Assembly (NCBI RefSeq): GCF_009914755.1
Contig: NC_060929.1
From: the human T2T-CHM13v2.0 reference genome, Homo sapiens
DNA: 64,000 nt
Strand: one strand, 5' to 3'
Made by a program: the position numbers and the translations under genes. This document shows, one piece after another, positions 55,637 through 64,000 of the stretch; the stretch's first letter is position 1, and every line of letters starts with the position of its first letter. Below the pieces are notes generated by a model, which was not told where the DNA came from, searched no databases, and was given only the letters and a program-made list of their open reading frames with translations.

Positions 55637-58600
55637 AATTATGGCATCAGACTTTTGGGCCTGAATCCTAACTCTATTACTTACTGGATATATGACCTGA
55701 AAGTTATTTAACTTATCTGTGATTCAGTTTCCTCATCTGTAAATGGAAGTAATATAGCACCTGCATCCTCTGGCTCACAGTAAACGCCATGTAAGTTGTA
55801 GCAATTATTAGTGTTGTTAATTGCTCAACATTGACAACTTAGGGAAGAAAGAATAAACAGGTAGATGCCTAAGAACTCAGAACCTACTTCCTATGTTGGA
55901 CAGAACCTCCCAACATCAGTTCAAGGGGACAAGTTAACCCCACCACCTTCTAGCACATGTCAGCATAGTCACGGATGCAGGAGGAGAGGCCAAAAAGCCC
56001 AAGACCTGGAGACCTGCCCATTCCCAGCCTCCTGCCAGCTCCTCCATGAACTCTGAAGAAGCTGCCAGGCTCGTTGGGGCCTTCATTTCTCCACTAGTAA
56101 TATGAAGATAATAGAACCCTTTGCTGTCTGTCAAGTTCTTTGAGAGGCTTGGATGAAAGGCATAGGCAGCCAGGTGAGATGCTGCTATTACAGCTAATGA
56201 CAGAACCAACACGCTTGTACGCTGCCGCCCAGCTCTGACTCAGGCTGTTTACGGTTCTTGCCTTGGTAGTGGGGGTTTCGGGAGGGTTGATTGGGTCTGT
56301 GGTCTGAGGAGAAGGGGGAGCCCCAGCCGGTGCCCTTGCCTGCCCTGCTACTGCACATAAGTGCATCTGCCATGATCTAGGTTTCGGCAGGGCCTTCTCT
56401 CCCTGACTTGAGCCTCTACTGTCCTGTCTCTCTGAGAATTTCAGTGCCCCTCACCCCCATCCCTGCCCCCCTCCTCCCCTCCTGCCAGGACTCAGGCTCC
56501 AGCCCTGCATGTGACACATCACTCTAGAGGACAATCAAGCTTGTTTAGAAACATGTGGGAGCCATGGTCTTTGGCTGCTGCAGCCAGAAGAATAAAACAT
56601 TCTTCAAGGCCAGGCCCTCCCTCTCCCACCATCCCAGCGACAGCAACCCCGTAGGGGCTGATCAGCATGGGGCTGGACTCCTTCTGTGACCTCCACATCT
56701 GGTCAGATGCTGCAGGTCCCTCCCTCCTCCTGGGGAACTTCTCATGGGAGGCTGACCAGAGAACAGGGCCATTCCCACTATGTGTCACCAGCTCAGTCTC
56801 TAGATTGTGGTTGGCCCCCTGCTCCCTGCTGAGAGCTGGAGGTGAAAGCAGGGCTGGCAAAGCAAAAGCAGCTGCTATCAGGCCATCCTCAGGCTCCTAA
56901 AGGAAGAGGTCTCTCCTTGGCAGCTCAATCCAGTTTCAGGAATCGTCTGCAATAGCCACTGTCCTGACTTGGCATTAGCTTGGGGACATGCAAACTCATC
57001 CAGCCTCAATCCCAGTATAATGTGGGGGCCGAGGCAGCCCCATGCAAATGCCCCCCAGCCTCCCAAGGTGTCTCCTCTCCACTGAGGCTCTTGCTTTCCT
57101 GACCAGCACAGAGAGCTGGTCATTGGGATTTAGATAGCCGGGTGGCAGGAGGCACACACAGTGGTCACCTGATTGCCTCTTCTACTCTATCTGTCTCCCT
57201 GGCCCCAGGAACTAGCCCTTGACTGCCCCAGCATATTTTCCCCTCTCCTCTTTCCCTCAAGCTCCCCCTGCTCATCAAGTTCAGCCCCTGACAGTCCTCC
57301 TTCTACCAATGCTGCAAAGCCCCTGGAGCAGATCACATGGCAGACACCGAGTGCCAGAACGGGGGATAGCTAAAGAGAGCATAGAAAGAGGGAGGCTGTG
57401 TTGGAGACAAACTATGGAGGATGAAGAGAGAAAGACAAACCTCCAGTGGGAGAAGGGTGATCAGAGCCAGCTTGGCTCAAAACTATCGGGACAGAACAAG
57501 ATTTGCTTGGAGAAGACTGAGGAGAACATTCTAGGCAGGGGGAATAGTACAAGGCAGAAGTGGAAGAGGGAAATGGTTTGGCATCTCTAGGAGAATCAGG
57601 TCTGACAAGGTTTACAAGGCTGGGGTAAATGAAGAGTGGCCCCAGACTGCACTTTGGGAATCCTGTGCTCAGGGTAGGAGTGCAGGGGCAGCCAGGGCAT
57701 TTGCTCAGACCGTCTTCACAGGAAGTCCTGTGAAGTTACACAGGGGGCTTCTTCATCCTTCCCAAGCCCCAGAAGGCAGGGAGGAACTGAAAGAAAACAT
57801 TCTCATCACTATTTAACAGAGAGGAAAACTGAGGCTTATTAGTGCTTACTCATATGCTCAAGGTCCTGCAGTAAGTCAGCAACCAAGCCAGTGGAATATT
57901 CTAGATGCCTGGGCCTGGAGGGGTCCTCAAGAGGTTGCCTACTCTGCCTCTTGCCCCAGGCAGACCAGATACCAACAAATCAGGCCTCTGACTATGCCTA
58001 ACCATGTTGCAGTTAAACATATAACTTCTCTGGTTCATAGGCAATATGGAGCCATATAAAAGCCCTCTCTAGACCTGAAGGTCATTTTTCAAGATTGACC
58101 TTCTCCAGGTTAGGTTTCTCTTCTCCAGGTTCAATCTCAACAGGTTTCTTCTCTACTAGCCTAAGCCTCCCATGATTGACATGGAACATATACTAGTGAA
58201 TTAAAGGAATGAATAAATAGTGAATAAATGAACAAAGAGACAAATGGTTTCCAGACAAGCACAACACTTTGACCTCCATAAAGCAGATCTCAAATAGAAG
58301 TCCTCAACATCCCTAAATTCACTGAACAACCTGACATGATATATTTATAACCACCATCCACGGTGATCTGGAGATAACCTTAGGCCATATCCTTCCTTTA
58401 AAAGGATGAATATCTCCCCTCCTTATCTATCCTGACACACACTCACATACACATGTATTTGCACGTTCAAATAAAGTATAGGCATCAGGCCCTGGGGGAA
58501 AACCCGTCCCTATCTCAACCAGGTTGGCATCTGTGCTGGAGTCTTTTGATAAAGAGGGTTTCTTCTGCAGACAGCTAAGACATATCTCCCTGAGATTCCT

Positions 58601-58649
58601 CCCTCATCTTCACACCCATGATCCTCATATAAGGAAAGAACTGAGCCCT

Positions 58650-58855
58650 ATACATATAGGTACCATTTATTCTTACCATGTGCCAGCCACCATGCCAAAC
58701 ACTTTATATGCATTTTCTTATTTGGTCTTCACAAGCACCCTGTAGGTTATAGAAGAGGAAACTGAGACTTGGAGAGGTGAAGTCTGGCCAGTAAAGAAAG
58801 AGGCAGGCTTAGACTCTCGTCTGCCTGACTCTAGAGTCCACCTTCCTGCCCACTC
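58650..58855 (-). mobile_element. MIR
   Basis: taccatttatt...taccatgtgccag...agaggaaactgagacttggagaggtgaag. Confidence 0.85.
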
Positions 58856-59458
58856 TTGCTGTCTTTCCTCTTTCTAGGCCTGGTGGCCTTGAATGTCCTC
58901 ACTGCTCCCTGTCTAACCCCAAGCCCCACCCCAGCATGCAGAACCTCATCTAGGTAAGAATACTCAATCACAAGAGTTGGGGTTGTTCACATCCAGTAAC
59001 TTGTCTTTGTTCAAACTGGTTCCTTTCTGGTTTTTTCCTTTTCTTCTAATCTCAGATTGAAGACCTATTATTTCCAAGCCAGGAAAAAAGAACAAGGGAA
59101 AAAAAAGGGGGCTCTGTTCCATGAACTGTAACATCTCTCTCTGTGCTGCCCAGTTCCTCAATTTCCTGACTCTTGGACAAGCCCAGCCATGCCTGGCCCC
59201 CAAATTTGGCAGGACCATTGGTCACAAAACCTTTTTAGGGTCTTCTCTTCCTTTAGAGCCAAGGCTGGGGTGAGAGAACAAAGAATTGATGGGAAGAAAA
59301 GCAGATCAAAGAAAGGTGCTGGAAAATGGTAATAACTCGAATTCCCAGCCTGGCCCTCCAATGTCTACCCTACTGTCTTGGGACTTTATGTATCTCCTTT
59401 CCGGCCTAAAGAACTAGCTCCAGAGAGAATGTATGGTTAGTCATACACAGAAATACAG

Positions 59459-59460
<2 letters not shown>

Positions 59461-59494
<34 letters not shown>
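59461..59494. repeat. (CA)n microsatellite, about 17 units
   Basis: Perfect dinucleotide run. Confidence 0.98.
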
Positions 59495-59497
<3 letters not shown>

Positions 59498-61009
59498 TGC
59501 CCATTCTAGAATCACAGCCTGTCAATAACCACACATCCCAGGCCAGTCTTATTCTCAGAGGTACCCAAAACCTCAAGGGACCCAAAACCCCCTAAAGCTA
59601 AGAAGCTAATCATGAGCACATGCACCCAATCACATGTTCCCAAACATTGCCATAAACATGCCCTTTCTACTAGGCACAAACATTGTCACATGCATGCTTG
59701 GGGAGTGTGTCCCAGATCTCTGGACACAGGCATTTGCAGACAGGCTCAAAGAACAAAGGATTCTGGAGTTAGACTCCTCCGTCAGAGAGGTTCTCAAAGC
59801 TGACAGGGCCTCTACTTCTTGGCTTCTTGCTCCACCTAACCCCTGAAGTTACTGAATTGGTTGGGTCCTATCAAGTCCAGAGAGAGGGAGGGCCCTTCCC
59901 AACTTTCCCCATGACCCTCACTCAAACCATACCTATCTAGCCCTGAGCCATCAGTGGCCAAGCGATGCCAGGAGAGATGGTTTTTGTCTGACTGTCAGGA
60001 GATGCCACTGTGTCACCCTGGAGAGGAGAGTGGAGTTTTTGGCCTCAGGCCACTAAGAGCCTCTAACCTGGGGCTGGCTTTCACTCTCCCAGCTTAAGGG
60101 GAAACAAAGGTGTCTTGATGCACGGGCACTAGGATTTTTTGTTGGTGGCAGTAGACACATCAGCACTGCCCCAGGGCAAGAACCCTACCACCACCTTGTT
60201 AACCCCTCATGGTCAGGCTAGCTCTCCAGCTTCCCACCTGGCTCCACGACAGCAACCTCCTCCCACCCTAGGCACAGTTGTCACATGCTCTAAGACTTCT
60301 AAGAGCCTGCGTGAATGGTCCAGAGTGGAACTACGTGGGGGAGATGGGTGGAGCCAGACAGCTCACTATGTTCCAGGGTGGGTCAGGGGACAGTACCCCA
60401 GAGGGACACCCCGACTCTCTCAACTCCTCCCAAACCAAAGCCTCAGGTTTTCCAAGAAGGCAAACAGCTGCTCAGAGAAAGCAGCCCAAACCAGCACAAT
60501 TGCCAACAGAGCTTGAGGCAAGGCATTCCCCAGCCCCAGACCAGGCCAAACAGCAGAGCGACGCAGTCCTCCTGAACAGGGATGGCAGCAGCAGCCCCAG
60601 CTGCCAGCAGGAGGCCGTGGCTTTCATGCCACCACACAGCAGTGCTGCTGATGCTCCAATGTATAACAGGGCCTGAATATTCACCCAATCAGGCCCCTGG
60701 ACAGAGGGACTCTGACACTTCTGCTGATGAATCCTGGCCCTCCTGAAGGCCTTCCTATGAGCAGCAAAGCACAGGGCTATACTTTCTGCCAAGATATATC
60801 TCCTTCCCAGTCTGGTAGAGACCGTCACCCCAATTGCAGACAGTGCTAAAAGGAAGAGCTGTCAGGAGTGCTCACTAGTACAACTCTTGCCAAGGTCAGG
60901 ATGTGACTGTGAGGTAAAGCCAGCAGAGGTATGGATGTGGGGCTCACAGCCTTTGCAGAGGGAGAGGTGTGCTAGCCAGGGGGAGAGGGGATTGTGGGCA
61001 AGGTCCCTC

Positions 61010-61242
61010 CTACCAGTCTCTCATATTGCCCTATATCAGCCTATTCATTTTCTTCCTAGGACTTTTCACAATTTCTAATTTTTTTTTTATATTTGCTTAC
61101 TTATTATTTGTTTCCTCCACTAGGCTATAAGCCCCATGAGTTTAGGGACCATGTCTCGCTTATTTACTATGGTATCCCCAGTGTCAGTGTGGTGCCTGGC
61201 ACATAGCAGGGACTCAGTAATATTTACTGAACCAATGAATGG
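61010..61242 (+). mobile_element. L2 3' end
   Basis: ctaggctataagccccatgag...gtgcctggcacatagcagggactcagtaatatttactgaaccaatgaat. Confidence 0.88.
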
Positions 61243-61377
61243 TCTCTGTCCAGAGAACCTCGGTGCACTATGCTCCATTGCCAACGAAACACAGGAGTGA
61301 TGCACCTAAACACCCAGAGAATCCAGATCAGAGATGGCAGGAAGTTCTTCAAGGAAGGCCCACCAGCTCTCCCACCC

Positions 61378-61870
61378 ATGCATTCATACCACATTGTACA
61401 AGTCTAATCTGAGCACTTACGCGACAGGTACTGCACTGGAATGTGAGGATCCCTCCACGAAACAAATAAACAAAACCACTGGCCCCTTCCCTTACGGAGG
61501 TATGACTTTGGTAAGGAAGGGATATTAAGAAACAAATGACTACAATTCAGTCTGACAAGCACCATCAGAGGTAAGATCAGAGGACCCACCCTACTCTTGG
61601 GAGCTGGGAAGCTTTCCCAGAGGAGGGACATTCTAAGATGAGCTCTTAGGGGTGGTGTGAACTAGCAGCAAAGACTGGAGGAGGAAAGAGGGAAGAAAAG
61701 AAGATTTCACAAAAAGAGGTTAGTATATGCAAGAGTTTAGAAATGAGAGCATATGCGACTTAAAAAAGGAGAAAAGGGAAGTTTGGCATGGTCAGGGGTG
61801 ATGAGGAGAGGCTGAGAGAGAGAGTTGGAAATGCAAGCAGGAGGACCTGGAGGGCCTGGGAAACTGTGTG
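61378..61870 (-). mobile_element. L2 3' fragment
   Basis: cattcat...ctgagcacttac...ggaagctttcccagaggagggacattctaagatgag. Confidence 0.7.
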
Positions 61871-62794
61871 GTGAGCTGCTGATGGGCTACAAACAGAAAG
61901 GTAAAAGAATCTAAGCTTGTGATTTAGAAGCTTCCCTAAGTGCACAGAAAAGCAAGCTCAGAGCATACCTGCTCATGCAGAAGGCTAGTGAGGCTTCTCC
62001 TATCTCTAATGGATGGGAAGGAGCTTACAGGAACTGCTCAAAAAAAGGCCTGGGAGGAAACAGGGGTCATGCAGGCCCCCAGCCTCCCCCAGTGGCTCCA
62101 CATCAATAGAACTTATTTGCCCCTTGCTCCGAGATATAACACCCAGGGGATTGCAGGAGACCTGAGATGCCAGTCATGTGGGAATCACATGTGAGGAGTC
62201 TCCACACTGCATAGCCCACGGGGATAGGGTCAACGGGAGTGGCTGGAAAGGAAGAGGAGGCAATGGCCGGTGCTGGGGCCAGGGATCATGGGATTCAAGA
62301 AAGCTATTTAGAGTCAACCTCATGCCTAGATTATAAGGACCTTCACTCCAGGGACTATTACCTTGTATCCCACTCAGCCCTGGGTACAAGGTAGATGTCC
62401 AACAAGTACTCCTCTTGGGCAGAGGAATAGAAAACCCACTCAGACATTCTCAGGACACACATACCTCCTCCGCAACAGAGTCTCCGTACTGAAGGACAAG
62501 TGTCCTTTTCCTCTTTCCTCATCCTGCAGCCCAACAAAGGCCACAGGTGGCCAAATGTACCAGACAACAAAAGCTGATGAAGACGCTGCTGCCGTGCACA
62601 AGGTGGGCCCACGAGAGGGCAGTTGGTGGCCAGGTGGGAAGAAAAGCAGAGACACTTCTAAGGAGAGGCTGGTAACTGAAGATCCCTCAGATGCAAGGCC
62701 TCATCAGAGATGTAGAATGCCTGGGCTCTAGTCAGAGCCCTCAAGACTCCTTTAACCTTGGGTCTTGATTTTCTTACCTATGAAAGGAGAACAG

Positions 62795-63159
<365 letters not shown>

Positions 63160-63259
63160 TCATTCCAGGGGGAGGAGGCCATGCTGACCCCCAAGGCCTC
63201 TGAGGGAAACAGCTTCTGCTTTCCTAGCAGGCACTGGCAGCTCAAGTCAGGCCTTCCCA

Positions 63260-64000
63260 CTCTCCGATAGTCCCGTCCCAATGAAATACCGAGGCTGGGC
63301 CCAGAATCACCATGCCTGCCCGCCCGGCTGAGAAGGGGTGAGAAGGGAAGATGTGGAAGTGACAAGCCGGAGGCAGCTGATGAGGCCGACCACAGAAAGA
63401 ACGGGCCTCCGTGGTGGGCCCGGAGCTGAGAGGGCCTGCGTGAGGGTAGGGCGCAGAAGGCCAGAACCCGGAGCCTCAAGGGGGCCTAGTTTAGGAGCAG
63501 GGCAGGATTGGAACATCCTCCCTATAGAGAAGAGGCCTGTAGACCAGAATTTTTTCTGACTCTGCAAGCCTGGACTTCATCTTGTTTGTGTGAGGCGAGG
63601 AACCTGGTCGATCCTCGCCAAAGGGGATGGGTCAGAGAGACAGCAGCACCTTCCTCCACGCCTGCAGGGGACTGGAAGGAGGAAGGAGGGCTGGGAAGGG
63701 CAGAGGGGTAGCTCCTGAGCGGCAGCGCCAGCTGTCCACACTGGGAGCTCTCCGTTCGGCGGCCTTTCACTGAGGGCTGGCTCCCAACAGGCTGTGTTCT
63801 GGACACTACTCCAACAAGCAACGGCATATTATTGGACAGGCTGCCCAGGACTCAGCAAGCCCAGCAAGAACCCAGCTCCATCACCCGCACAGGGCAGCAG
63901 AGGCATCCGCTGGTCCTCACTGGGGAAGGCAGCAGACCTTTCCAAAGCCCCTACAGCTTTCCTCCCAGCCTCAGCCCAGGAGGAGAGGGCACTCCGAGGC
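63260..64000. promoter_or_regulatory. CpG-enriched, GC-rich region (CpG island shore or weak island)
   Basis: Roughly 25-30 CpGs in 740 bp of non-Alu sequence, far above the rest of the window. Confidence 0.55.

Noticed and set aside
60139-60828. Overlapping ORFs with hydrophobic stretches on the minus strand
   Set aside because: No convincing splice boundaries or homology; composition explains the open frames.

Overview
Primate (very probably human) non-coding genomic DNA. I recognise no intact protein-coding exon, RNA gene or named gene. The supplied ORFs are explained by Alu, L1, hAT, microsatellite or chance frames. GC-rich unique sequence with MIR/L2 relics (about 1-11 kb, 18.4-26.6 kb, 43.7-64 kb) surrounds two L1 blocks and a ~17 kb AT-rich nest of transposons (26.7-43.3 kb: L1 inside L1, a near-full-length Cheshire hAT transposon, about ten Alus). 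The left end has a CCAAT/GC-box promoter-like signature facing out of the window; the right end looks like a CpG-island shore. Most worth checking: several homeodomain/bHLH motif islands resembling conserved enhancers, a probable MER121 element, a minus-strand polypyrimidine-AG|GTAAGT recursive-splice-like site, two paralogous segments with coding-like divergence (20.2 and 21.8 kb), a ~375 bp copy of downstream DNA inside a split L2, and a series of templated-insertion scars. I cannot demonstrate a new biological system from sequence alone. Repeat subfamily names and boundaries are by eye and from memory of consensus sequences, so they are approximate.
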